Shown here piece after piece: positions 1-9,514 of a stretch of DNA of 64,000 nt (position 1 is the first letter of the stretch; every line of letters starts with the position of its first letter). The stretch is taken from the NCBI GenBank assembly GCA_039588295.1, contig JBDHAB010000015.1:1-64000 (forward strand). Direction: 5' to 3'. The stretch comes from Gemmatimonadota bacterium (lineage in GTDB: Bacteria; Gemmatimonadota; Gemmatimonadetes; Gemmatimonadales; GWC2-71-9). The notes under the pieces were generated by a model that searched no databases, was not told the DNA's origin, and saw nothing but the letters and a program-made list of their open reading frames with translations. Made by a program: the position numbers and the translations under genes.

Positions 1-189
1 GGCAACGTAATCGGCGCGCTGGCCGACGAACCACACGCGCCCGTCTCGACCCACGAAGGGATCGCGCGGACGGGAACGCTCCCACGGCACCTCCCATTCG
101 TGGATGCCAATCGTTTGTTGGGCGGACAGCGTGTCAGCTCCGGCCAGAACGAACGCCGTGGCCAGTAACAGTGCGGTTAGTCGTCTCAT
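1..189 (-). CDS. Secreted Vgb-like (virginiamycin B lyase / beta-propeller family) protein, N-terminal part; runs off the window edge
   Basis: Not in the ORF track. ATG at 189 translates MRRLTALLLATAFVLAGADTLSAQQTIGIHEWEVPWERSRPRDPFVGRDGRVWFVGQRADYVA: a signal peptide followed by an EW.VPW..SRPRDP...DGRVWF blade typical of Vgb-like propellers. Confidence 0.7.
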   Translation of the reverse strand, partial: MRRLTALLLATAFVLAGADTLSAQQTIGIHEWEVPWERSRPRDPFVGRDGRVWFVGQRADYVA

Positions 190-328
190 GAATCGGCTCC
201 AACGTGCCAGGGTCCAGTGCTCGTTCACGCCACTCGCACTCTGCCTTGCCGAGTAGGTGGTTACCTATATATTCCCGAAACTTCTCGAAGTTCGATGGCG
301 ATCTCGGTACACGCTTCTCCGGTTTCCC

Positions 329-2830
329 ATGAGCGACATCTTTGACCGCCTGAAATCGGCACTTGCCGACCGATACGATGTGGAGAGTCCCCTGGGGGAG
401 GGGGGGATGGCGCTCGTGTATCTGGCCAGAGATCTCAAGCACGATCGGTTGGTGGCGGTCAAAGTGTTACGGCCCGATCTGGCTGCTTCACTAGGCGCTG
501 AGCGGTTTCTGCGCGAGATCCACGTTACGGCCAAGCTCAGCCACCCGCACATTCTCCCGCTCTACGATTCCGGTGAGGCCGACGGCCTGCTGTACTATGT
601 CATGCCGTTCATCGAAGGTGAGTCGCTGGCCGACATGGTCGCCCGGGAAAAGCAGCTCTCCATCGACGACGCGATCCGGATCACGAGAGAAGTGGCGGAG
701 GCGCTGAGCCATGCGCACAGCTATGGTCTGATCCACCGCGACATCAAGCCGGACAACGTGATGATGTCGGGCGGGCACGCGATCGTCGCCGACTTCGGGA
801 TCTCTCGTGCCGTGAGCGAGGCAGGCGGCGACAAGGTCACGCAGACCGGGACGTCCATCGGCACACCCTCGTACATGAGTCCCGAGCAGGCGGCCGGTGA
901 TCCCGATCTCGACGGGCGAGCCGACATCTACGCGCTTGGCTGCATGATGTACGAAATGCTGGTGGGCCAGGTGCCGTTCACGGGTCCCAACCCGCAGGCG
1001 ATCATGGCGCGGCACACCATGGATCAGGTGCCGCCGCCGAGCATCATGCGGCAGTCGATCACGCCCGAGCTGGAAGACGTGATGTTCTGTGCGCTGGCGA
1101 AGAGCCCCGCCGACCGGTTTCGCACCGCTCAGGAAATGATCGATGCCCTGACGACGATTGAGACCGGCGGTGCACCACGCGTGCGGACGACGACCCGCAT
1201 TCGCCAGCCCGTCATCGAGCAGCCCGCGTGGAGGAAAGCCGTGGTTCCGGTCGTGTCGGCCGTGGCGGTGTTGGCGTTGGGCGTCGCTGGATGGCAGCTG
1301 TTTGGGGAACGCTCGGGCGGTCCCGTGGCGATCGAGGGCGGCCTCAATCCGACGACTGTTGCCGTGCTGTACTTCGAGGATCTGAGCTCCGATCGGGATT
1401 TGGCCTACGTCGCCGACGGCATCACGGAAGGCTTGATCGATCGGCTGGGTACGGTCGGGGCGCTCAGCGTCATCTCCAGGAATGGTGTCGAGCCGTACCG
1501 TGATCCGAACCTGCCACGGGACAGCGTTGCTCGTATGCTCGAGGCCGGGAGCCTCGTGGCCGGGAGTGTGGAGCCCGCCGGTGACAATCTCCGCGTGACG
1601 GCTCGGTTGATCGCGGGAGAAAGCGGATCCGACATCGGCCGCGCAACGTTCCAAGTGCCGGCGGGTGACCTGCTGCTGGCGCAGGACTCCGTCGTCGAGA
1701 TCGTGTCCCGCTTCCTCCGTGAGGGGCTGGGAGAAGAGGTGCGCACTCGGGAGCTGCGATCGGAGACGCGGAGTGTCGAGGTGTGGGCCTTGGTGCAGCG
1801 GGCGGAGCGGCTGCGAAAGGACGCTGAGGAGTACGCGGTCGCCGAGGACGTGGGGAGGGCGCGGTCGACACTGCGCCAGGCCGATTCTCTGCTGCAGCTC
1901 GCCGAACGTGGTGACCCGGAGTGGGTGGAACCCAGAACCGCCCGGGGCCGGATTGCCTATCAGCGGGCGCGACAGCTGGAGGAGGGCCCTGCCCAAATCC
2001 CGTGGTTGGATTCGGCGTTGACGCACGCGGAGGCTGCCCTGGCGATCGCACCGAACGATGCGAGCGCGCTGGAGCTACGGGGGGCCTCAAGGTATCGCCA
2101 ATGGCAGCGGCGGGTCGTGCCCGATCCAGCCGGGCGGCGGCGTCTGTTGGAGCAGTCGAGAGAGGACCTCGAGGCTGCGGTGGAGGCCGATCCGGGGCTG
2201 GCTAGCGGGTTCGTGCTGTTGAGCCTCGTGTACTATCAATTCGAGGACGTCCCCTCTGCGCTACGGGCGGCCGAGTTCGCCTACGACGCCGACGCGTTCC
2301 TGAGCAACGCGGACGACATCCTGGATCGGCTCTTTTGGGGCTCGATCGACCGCGAGTTCTTGCCGCAGGCACGGCGGTGGTGCCTGGAGGGGGCTCGGCG
2401 GTTCCTCGATCAACCACGCTTCATGAGCTGTCAGCTGTGGCTGATGGTGACGCCCGCGGTGGAGCCCGATGTGGATGAGGCGTGGCGGCTCCGTCAGCGC
2501 ATCGACGCGCTGACCGACGATCGGTTCTACCGGACACAGGCCGACTACGTCCTCGGTGGTGTGCTTGCTCGAGCGGGTCTCACCGACAGCGCCCGGAGCG
2601 TGTTCGGGCGCGCCCGGGCCGCAATCACCAGCGAGGTCGACCCCGATCTCGAGCTGTACCCCGTCGAGGCCTACATGCGGACCCTGGCCGGCGATGATGA
2701 CGAGGCTATCGATTTGCTGAAGGAGTTCACGGCCGCCAACCCGGAGCACGACTTCAGTGAGATGCTGGGCAATTGGTGGTGGCGGGGCCTGCGGAGCAAT
2801 CCGCGGTGGCGGGAGCTGAGCATCGGCTGA
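329..2830 (+). CDS. Hanks-type Ser/Thr protein kinase with TM helix, TolB-N-like domain and TPR-like C-terminus
   Basis: Motifs LGEGGMA, VAVKVL, HRDIKPDN, DFG and GTPSYMSPEQ; hydrophobic segment VVPVVSAVAVLALGVAGW; VAVLYFEDL...ADGITEGLI; helical repeats. Start moved to ATG 329 (MSDIFDRL). Confidence 0.93.
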   Translation: MSDIFDRLKSALADRYDVESPLGEGGMALVYLARDLKHDRLVAVKVLRPDLAASLGAERFLREIHVTAKLSHPHILPLYDSGEADGLLYYVMPFIEGESLADMVAREKQLSIDDAIRITREVAEALSHAHSYGLIHRDIKPDNVMMSGGHAIVADFGISRAVSEAGGDKVTQTGTSIGTPSYMSPEQAAGDPDLDGRADIYALGCMMYEMLVGQVPFTGPNPQAIMARHTMDQVPPPSIMRQSITPELEDVMFCALAKSPADRFRTAQEMIDALTTIETGGAPRVRTTTRIRQPVIEQPAWRKAVVPVVSAVAVLALGVAGWQLFGERSGGPVAIEGGLNPTTVAVLYFEDLSSDRDLAYVADGITEGLIDRLGTVGALSVISRNGVEPYRDPNLPRDSVARMLEAGSLVAGSVEPAGDNLRVTARLIAGESGSDIGRATFQVPAGDLLLAQDSVVEIVSRFLREGLGEEVRTRELRSETRSVEVWALVQRAERLRKDAEEYAVAEDVGRARSTLRQADSLLQLAERGDPEWVEPRTARGRIAYQRARQLEEGPAQIPWLDSALTHAEAALAIAPNDASALELRGASRYRQWQRRVVPDPAGRRRLLEQSREDLEAAVEADPGLASGFVLLSLVYYQFEDVPSALRAAEFAYDADAFLSNADDILDRLFWGSIDREFLPQARRWCLEGARRFLDQPRFMSCQLWLMVTPAVEPDVDEAWRLRQRIDALTDDRFYRTQADYVLGGVLARAGLTDSARSVFGRARAAITSEVDPDLELYPVEAYMRTLAGDDDEAIDLLKEFTAANPEHDFSEMLGNWWWRGLRSNPRWRELSIG

Positions 2831-3180
2831 TCCAGTTCGAGATCGAGGCGAGCCCGAGCCCCCCCCGGGATGCTGCGCCGATGCAACATGCGAGGCCCTT
2901 TGTGACCACCCAAAGTCACACCCAAAGGCCGCTTGATGGGACAAAGGCCCTTGGCTGGCCGCTTTGCGCGTGCGCGGTAGCGGCGTGGGAGTTGCGGAAT
3001 GGTTGAGGATCTCACGTACCAGTGGAAGACCGAGTTTGCGCGGCCCACGCATTTGCGATAGATCATCTACGAATTGAAATCGAGCCAAGCGGGCTTTTCG
3101 GAGCCTTCGGGGTGCGGCAAGGCAAGGGGTGGGTGCATCGACTTGGCAGGACGAGCAGCAGCATTCTTGAGGGGGCAACA

Positions 3181-5619
3181 ATGAGACGGTTCACGGCACT
3201 CGCACTATTGCCACTGATCCTGGCGGCGTGTCAGGATTCCACCACGCCGGACGTCGACCTCCCGGAGGTCATCGGTCGGCCGAACATCGCGCTCACCGGT
3301 CCGGAATCCTACGGGTTCGTCGACGGGTTCGCGTTTCTGCCGCCGCTGGTCGAGTCGCCGGACCTGACGGGTCAGACGCTGAACCCGAACTTGCGGCCGT
3401 TCATCGAGCTGTGGCTGAAGAGCGACCTCTTCATTCCGGGCCTCGGCGATACGGAACCGTACACGTGCGCCCCCGCCGAATCCGAGGCCGTGCCGATCAA
3501 CACATTCACCCCGGAAATCAACCTCGACTTTACGGCCTACACCTACGGGTGGAAGACGAGTGAGGATTTCTTGGCGGATTCCACGGAATACCGTCTGTGT
3601 GTCAAGATCGCGCTCGCGGGCGTGGGTGGGGTACGGGCGGTGCTCGTTGGGCACCGGGACGTGTTCACCGACAAGACAACCAACAGCAACAACCCGGCGG
3701 GGGAGCCGTACCGTTTCCAGAACGGCAGCCAGGTCCCGATCAAGCTGTGGCTGAGCAACCTGCTCCAGTGCACGGACGAAGAGGGCAGGGTGATCGACTG
3801 CACGATCGCGACGTTTGACTCCAACGGCGGCACTGCCACCTGTGACGACGCACAGTGCGGCATCTACGTGCCCGCTGGAGCCATTCCTGAGGGCGAGCTG
3901 CAGACGTTCGAGGTCAGGTACGTCCAGTGTCCGGACTCTTCGGCGCAGACCGGCACCGTGAAGTACCTGTCGGAGCTCGACATCCCGCAGTACCCGGGCT
4001 GCTTGGAGATTACGACGTTTGCCTCGTACGACTGGTCGCAGGGACTCCAGGACGGCATCATTGCTGCGGCCTGTCGGGACGTGAGCGTCCTGGGTCCGCG
4101 GGACGAGCGGCTGCTGTTGCACGTCGAGTCGGCCAGCAACCCGGACTCGATCTATGCGCTACCCACGAAGCCGTTCGACCTCGATTGTGGCCCGACGGCC
4201 GTGGTGCTCGATCCGTCCGCGTCCTTCGGGGAGCGCCTGCGCCACTATGCGGGTCGTGGGGCACGGGCGATTCAGCACGCGCTGCTGCCCTGGACCAATC
4301 CCCCTGTTCTCGAGGCCGCACACGCCGGATTCGGCGGCGGCACCAAACTGAGCTGCCAGGCGCCGCCCGCGGGGCTAGATGGACCCGAGGCGGTTGGGGG
4401 GGAATGCTCGACGCCGTCCCTTGCCTCTGGAGCGGGGTCGGCCGCACAGGCAACGACCGGGCCCGGCGACATCGTCACGTTCAAGATGGTGTGGGCGCTA
4501 CCGTCCAAAATCGCGGCGCGTCTCCAGGTCGTACCGCCCGCGACGACCATCGATTGGATCGATCCGGTCAATACGACGGTCGGCGGCACGCTCTTCCCTG
4601 CCGTGCTCGTGACGGACGAGTGCGAGCCGGACTCCAACGGCGGGATCATCGAGGACTGTGTCGGGGACGTGGAGGCACCGGTCGAAGGCGCAACGGTGAC
4701 GTTCACGCTCTCCGACAACACCACGGTTACAGACACCACCGGACCGGACGGCATTGCCTGGGCACCGTGGACGTTGACGGCGCCGGGCACGTTCATGGCG
4801 AGGGCAGGCGGACTCGGCATCGGAGTCGACCCGAGTCTGGCCTCGGTCACACTCTCGCCACCGCCGGCCGAAGGGGCGTATCAGGACCATATCGGTAACC
4901 TCTCGGTTCTGCTCGAGGAGCCACAGGTGCGGTTCAATGCCGCGGTCTGCAGCCAGAAGGACTTCTTGCTCAACCTGGGGGTGAATCCGGCCGACTACGA
5001 TGGCTCCGCGACGATCCCGATCAACCTGTCGGGGTCGGATTCCGATGTGGCATTCCTGTACTGGGCGACCGATTGCTACCGGACGTACTTCGCGTTCGTG
5101 GTGCCGCAGGCCCCCGACTTCACGAACACCCTGCGCATGGTGTTCGTGGATGATTTGGAGACGCGGTTCGGCTTCGATCCGATGAATCCGGTGCAGTTCT
5201 CTGCCGTTCCCGAGGTCGGGGACGACATGTGGAAGATCTACTTCGATACTAACAAGAAGAACGAGAACACGTACCTCACGTGGATCGTAGAAGACTGGCA
5301 CGTTGCGGACGACTGTACCGGCAGTTCGAAGCAGTCGGAATGCGGCAAGTCCGATCTCGTGGCCGGGCATACGGACGACCTGGTTCCCGGCGATGGCGGC
5401 GCGGCGTACGTCCTGGACGACGCGACGATCTATGAGTTCGCGCGGGAGTTCCCCGCCGATCCAGCCGACGAGGATTCGTACGACTTCAGCCTGCCGGCCA
5501 TCGGTGAGTCCACCTGGGTCGCCTTCTACGTGGTGAGCCAGCGGGGCAACGGCGCGCAGGCCGACATGGAGTGGCCGGACTTCCGTCTCTTCTTCCCAAT
5601 CGAGATCGTGCGGCAGTAG
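3181..5619 (+). CDS. Large Cys-rich secreted lipoprotein of unknown function (possible ZU5-like, Ig-like and C-terminal beta-sandwich modules)
   Basis: ATG 3181 preceded by GAGGGGG; signal MRRFTALALLPLILAAC with lipobox; acidic, beta-rich; APVEGATVTF...TTGPDGIA resembles an Ig-like strand pattern. Confidence 0.8.
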   Translation: MRRFTALALLPLILAACQDSTTPDVDLPEVIGRPNIALTGPESYGFVDGFAFLPPLVESPDLTGQTLNPNLRPFIELWLKSDLFIPGLGDTEPYTCAPAESEAVPINTFTPEINLDFTAYTYGWKTSEDFLADSTEYRLCVKIALAGVGGVRAVLVGHRDVFTDKTTNSNNPAGEPYRFQNGSQVPIKLWLSNLLQCTDEEGRVIDCTIATFDSNGGTATCDDAQCGIYVPAGAIPEGELQTFEVRYVQCPDSSAQTGTVKYLSELDIPQYPGCLEITTFASYDWSQGLQDGIIAAACRDVSVLGPRDERLLLHVESASNPDSIYALPTKPFDLDCGPTAVVLDPSASFGERLRHYAGRGARAIQHALLPWTNPPVLEAAHAGFGGGTKLSCQAPPAGLDGPEAVGGECSTPSLASGAGSAAQATTGPGDIVTFKMVWALPSKIAARLQVVPPATTIDWIDPVNTTVGGTLFPAVLVTDECEPDSNGGIIEDCVGDVEAPVEGATVTFTLSDNTTVTDTTGPDGIAWAPWTLTAPGTFMARAGGLGIGVDPSLASVTLSPPPAEGAYQDHIGNLSVLLEEPQVRFNAAVCSQKDFLLNLGVNPADYDGSATIPINLSGSDSDVAFLYWATDCYRTYFAFVVPQAPDFTNTLRMVFVDDLETRFGFDPMNPVQFSAVPEVGDDMWKIYFDTNKKNENTYLTWIVEDWHVADDCTGSSKQSECGKSDLVAGHTDDLVPGDGGAAYVLDDATIYEFAREFPADPADEDSYDFSLPAIGESTWVAFYVVSQRGNGAQADMEWPDFRLFFPIEIVRQ

Positions 5620-5647
5620 TCCGCGGCTCCACCGATCGCTTCCTGAG

Positions 5648-5677
5648 AACCGGCCCCGGGCAACCGGGGCCGGTTTA
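5648..5677 (+). terminator. Hairpin / probable intrinsic terminator after the lipoprotein gene
   Basis: AACCGGCCCCGG-GCAA-CCGGGGCCGGTT: perfect 12-bp stem with GNRA loop and a short T run. Confidence 0.7.
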
Positions 5678-5741
5678 CGTTGGTGTTCATCGCGTGTGTA
5701 GCTTGTAGTCATGCGAGCGTTCCACGACTCGGCGTAGCCCG

Positions 5742-6626
5742 ATGGGCATCTACCCTCAACCCAACGACTGGCTCTGCGGGCCATTCGCGCTCAAGCATGC
5801 GCTCCTCGTGTTCGGCACGGTTGCCGATGAGCATGATATTGCGCGAGCGGCGGGCACCGATCCGTCGGGCACGGACGAGGTCGAGCTCGACCGGGCGGCC
5901 AAGCGGTATGGTTGCGATCTGCCGACCGTGCGTCGAGAAGATGCCGAGGATGCGCGAACCGATCTCACCGACTATCTGGCGCGTGGGATACCCGTCCTGC
6001 TCTGCATTCAACAATGGGACCACTGGGTCACCGCCGTCCACGAGGACGACGGTCGATTCGTGTTGCTCGACAGCCGCCACCCAGTGGTGGTACGGGTCAT
6101 CCCATGGGAGTTGCTTCGCACGTTGTGGGTGTACCACGGACGGGATCCCCATGCTCGCGGACTCGGCGTCTATGACCTCCATCCGGTGGTGCCACGTCAC
6201 GGCGCGACGTGGCATGCGTCGTTCACCGCCGGTCGCGCGCGCGCGTTGGGGGAGTGGGAGAACCGTTCTCTCACGAGACAATGGGGTGAGTACCTGCACA
6301 CACTGTCGGACATCGCGGTCTCGCGCTCCGAGCCCTCCGATCTGTTCCAACTCTCCCCGGGGGCGTTCTTCGCCCGCCACGAAGAAGCCTTGTTGACGCG
6401 GGCTGCGGTGTCGCGAGCGCTCGATCGGTCAGCTGTGCGGGAGGCGTTGCATCACCTGAGGTTTGTGGCCGACACGTATGACATGATGTTTCGTGCCGAC
6501 GACGAACGGCACGCCGTCGCTGCGATTGCCTCGTTTCTGGACACTCTCAGCGCCCGTGCACGCGGAGCGACACCGGGCTCGGGTCGAACCCCTCTGAGCG
6601 ACCCTGTTCCACCGGAACGCCTGTGA
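5742..6626 (+). CDS. Stand-alone papain-fold cysteine peptidase, C39-like
   Basis: Q-x5-CGP (QPNDWLCGPFALKHAL), WDHWV and VLLDS give the Gln/Cys-His-Asp layout of C39-like peptidases; no signal peptide and no ABC domain. Confidence 0.7.
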   Translation: MGIYPQPNDWLCGPFALKHALLVFGTVADEHDIARAAGTDPSGTDEVELDRAAKRYGCDLPTVRREDAEDARTDLTDYLARGIPVLLCIQQWDHWVTAVHEDDGRFVLLDSRHPVVVRVIPWELLRTLWVYHGRDPHARGLGVYDLHPVVPRHGATWHASFTAGRARALGEWENRSLTRQWGEYLHTLSDIAVSRSEPSDLFQLSPGAFFARHEEALLTRAAVSRALDRSAVREALHHLRFVADTYDMMFRADDERHAVAAIASFLDTLSARARGATPGSGRTPLSDPVPPERL

Positions 6627-6706
6627 TACCAAGCGTCGCACCTTCCCACTAGATTCCGACCATTCGTTACGACAAGGGTAACGAACGAACGAGTCTCCAG
6701 GAGTTC

Positions 6707-8995
6707 ATGATGCGACGGCGTACGAATAGCAGCGTTCTGTTCAGAACCATGTGGGCATGGGTGGTTCTGCTCGTGATGACGGCGACCGCGCTCAGCGCCC
6801 AGGACGCCGATACCCTCTCCCTGGACCGCCTCTTTGCCTCCGGCGAGTTCATCGGCCGCGGTATTGGGCAGGTGCGCTGGATGGAGGACGGAGGGTACAC
6901 GACCCTCGATCGCTCGGAGGATGTGGCGGGCGGCCGGGACATCGTGCGACACGATCCCGCCACCGGCAGCGAGGAGGTCCTGGTTTCGGCGGCGCGGCTC
7001 GTGCCGGAAGGCGCCGAACGGCCCCTCGCGATTCAGGGCTACTCCTGGTCCGAGGACGGCGAACGGTTGTTGATCTTCACCAACTCGCGGCGGGTGTGGC
7101 GCTTCAACACCCGCGGTGATTACTGGGTCCTCGACATCGACAGCGGACGGCTGCGGCAGATTGGCCACGACCGACCGGAGTCGTCCATGATGTACGCCAA
7201 GTTCTCGCCTGACGGGTCGCGCGTCGGCTACGTGAGCGAGAACAACCTGTTCCTGGAGAATCTCGCGACCGGTGCGGTTACCCAGCTCACGACGGATGGC
7301 TCGGAAACGATCCTCAATGGCCGCTTCGATTGGGTTTATGAGGAGGAGTTCTTCCTCGGCTCCCGCGCGGGGGCGGACGGCTGGCGCTGGAGCCCGGACG
7401 GGACCACCATCGCGTATTGGCAGCTTGACGCGAGTGGGGTCGGTGAGTTCCTGCTGATCAACAACACGGACTCCATCTATTCGTACGTCAAACCCGTGCA
7501 GTACCCCAAGGCAGGCACCACGAACTCGGCGGTCCGCGTGGGCGTAGTGTCGCCCGACGGTGGCGCAACGACGTGGATGCAAATTGACCACGATCCACGC
7601 AACAACTACATCGCCCGGATGGAGTGGGCTGGCAATTCGGACGAAATCGTGATGCAGCACTTGAACCGTCTGCAGAACACGCTGCAGCTCATGCTGGGCA
7701 ACGCGAGGACGGGGGAGGTACGTACCGTCCACACCGAGCGGGACGAGGCATGGACGGATGCCATCGACGATCTCTTCTGGTTGGACGGGGGCCGCCGTTT
7801 CACCTGGGTGAGCGAGCAAGACGGATGGCGGCGGCTCTACGTGATGAACCGGGACGGGAGTGGCATGACGCCGATCACTCCGGCGAACGCCGACATGATC
7901 AGCCTCCAGGTGCTCGACGAGGACGGTGGCTGGGTCTATTACATCGCGTCGCCTGAGGATCCGATCCGCCGCTATCTGTATCGGTCTCCAATGAACGGTT
8001 CGCTGCGAGCCGAGCGGGTCTCCCCGCCCGATCAGCCGGGTACCCACGGATACAACATGTCGCCCGATGCCAGGTGGGCGTTCCATACCTTCTCCACCTT
8101 CGACACACCTCCTGTGCGCTCACTGGTGGAGTTGCCCAGCCATCGGGTTGCCCGAGTGATGCAGGACAACGCGGAGCTAGGTGAGAAGGTGGCGACGATC
8201 AAGCAACGGCCTGTCGAGTTCTTCCGTGTGGATATCGGTGACGGTGTGATACTCGACATGTGGATGATGAAGCCCAACGATTTCGACCCGTCGAAGAAGT
8301 ATCCTGCGCTGCTCTACGTGTACGGCGAGCCCTGGGGCACGACGGTCGTGGATCGTTGGGGCGGCACGCAGACCCTCTGGTACCAATACCTGACCGAGAA
8401 GGGATATCTCGTGATGAGCGTGGACAACCGGGGTACGCCGGCTCCGCGCGGACGGGAGTGGCGAAAGGTCGTCTACCAAAAGATCGGGATCATCTCCTCG
8501 CACGATCAGGCGAGCGCGGTTCGGAAGGTCACAGAGGAACGCTCCTACGTGGATCCCGAGCGCATTGCCATTTGGGGCTGGAGCGGTGGTGGTGCGAGCA
8601 CGCTCAACGCAATGTTCCGGTATCCGGACGTCTACAACACGGGTATGGCCGTGGCGTCCGTGCCGGACCTTCGCTATTACGACACGATCTATCAAGAGCG
8701 CTACATGGGACTGCCGCAGGAGAGCCCGGAGGCGTATGAGCAGTGCTCACCGATAACCTTTGCGCATCAACTGGAGGGGAACCTGCTGCTGATGCACGGC
8801 ACCGGAGACGACAACGTCCACTACCAGGGTGTCGAGGCGCTCATCAACAAGCTCATCGAGCACGGCAAGTACTTCACGATGATGGCCTATCCCAATCGGT
8901 CACACGGTATCTTTGAAGGCCGCGGGACGACACGGCATGTGTTCGGGTACCTGACGCGGTACTTGGTGGACAACATGCCGCCGGGCGACTGGTAG
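6707..8995 (+). CDS. Dipeptidyl peptidase IV (S9B family), secreted
   Basis: Signal peptide; DWVYEEE motif; YPKAG; nucleophile GWSGGG; HGTGDDNVH; C-terminal His (RSHG). The exact start may be slightly downstream. Confidence 0.93.
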   Translation: MMRRRTNSSVLFRTMWAWVVLLVMTATALSAQDADTLSLDRLFASGEFIGRGIGQVRWMEDGGYTTLDRSEDVAGGRDIVRHDPATGSEEVLVSAARLVPEGAERPLAIQGYSWSEDGERLLIFTNSRRVWRFNTRGDYWVLDIDSGRLRQIGHDRPESSMMYAKFSPDGSRVGYVSENNLFLENLATGAVTQLTTDGSETILNGRFDWVYEEEFFLGSRAGADGWRWSPDGTTIAYWQLDASGVGEFLLINNTDSIYSYVKPVQYPKAGTTNSAVRVGVVSPDGGATTWMQIDHDPRNNYIARMEWAGNSDEIVMQHLNRLQNTLQLMLGNARTGEVRTVHTERDEAWTDAIDDLFWLDGGRRFTWVSEQDGWRRLYVMNRDGSGMTPITPANADMISLQVLDEDGGWVYYIASPEDPIRRYLYRSPMNGSLRAERVSPPDQPGTHGYNMSPDARWAFHTFSTFDTPPVRSLVELPSHRVARVMQDNAELGEKVATIKQRPVEFFRVDIGDGVILDMWMMKPNDFDPSKKYPALLYVYGEPWGTTVVDRWGGTQTLWYQYLTEKGYLVMSVDNRGTPAPRGREWRKVVYQKIGIISSHDQASAVRKVTEERSYVDPERIAIWGWSGGGASTLNAMFRYPDVYNTGMAVASVPDLRYYDTIYQERYMGLPQESPEAYEQCSPITFAHQLEGNLLLMHGTGDDNVHYQGVEALINKLIEHGKYFTMMAYPNRSHGIFEGRGTTRHVFGYLTRYLVDNMPPGDW

Positions 8996-9055
8996 CGTAA
9001 TCGCCGATCCGCGCTCGGGTAGTATCTTATCTACAATGAATTGATTGGAGCGACC

Positions 9056-9418
9056 ATGGCGTCACGGACCTCGAAGGTCAAGAAAGCTGTCAGGCGCGGC
9101 GTGAGCAAAGCCAAGCGCGCGGCCGGCAAGCGCGGGAAACGCACCAAGAGCGCGGCACGGAAAGCCGGCAAGGCGGTGCGCCGCAGGGCGAAGGCCGCCG
9201 GTAAGGGCCTCAAGAAACGGGTGAAGCAGGTCCGCAGGAAGCGCGCAAAGCGCAGAGTCGGAAAGGCCTTGACGGCCGCAGGGGCTGCAGCTGCGGCTGC
9301 TGGTGTGGCGGTTGCCGCGGGGCTCACGGCAGCACGAAAGAAGAAGCCAGCGCGTAAGAAGAAGAGCACGGCCAGAAAGAAGCGCGCGACAAAGAAGAAA
9401 GCGACGAAGCGCAAGTAG
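9056..9418 (+). CDS. Lys/Arg/Ala-rich histone H1-like basic protein with a central hydrophobic Ala stretch
   Basis: GGAG SD before ATG 9056; MASRTSKVKKAVRRG...KKKATKRK; no acidic residues; followed by a hairpin. Confidence 0.75.
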   Translation: MASRTSKVKKAVRRGVSKAKRAAGKRGKRTKSAARKAGKAVRRRAKAAGKGLKKRVKQVRRKRAKRRVGKALTAAGAAAAAAGVAVAAGLTAARKKKPARKKKSTARKKRATKKKATKRK

Positions 9419-9438
9419 CGAATCAGATACACGAGAAA

Positions 9439-9477
9439 GCGGCATGGCACCGGTACCGACACCCGATGCCATGCCGT
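9439..9477. terminator. Hairpin between convergent genes
   Basis: CGGCATGGCA ... TGCCATGCCG inverted repeat. Confidence 0.55.
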
Positions 9478-9514
9478 TGTTCGCTCCGGACTGAACGTTG
9501 CCGCGCTGTGCGCG

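Noticed and set aside
491..2026. Long antisense or alternative-frame ORFs (e.g. 491-2026, 6452-8086, 10226-11899, 33977-35308, 37830-39260, 41102-42544)
   Set aside because: They shadow well-supported genes on the other strand, have Arg/Pro/His-rich non-protein-like composition, and are expected in high-GC DNA.
2981..2995. Sigma54-like GG-N10-GC (CGGCGTGGGAGTTGC) upstream of the lipoprotein
   Set aside because: Poor match to TGGCAC, and such spacing is common in GC-rich DNA; too weak to call.
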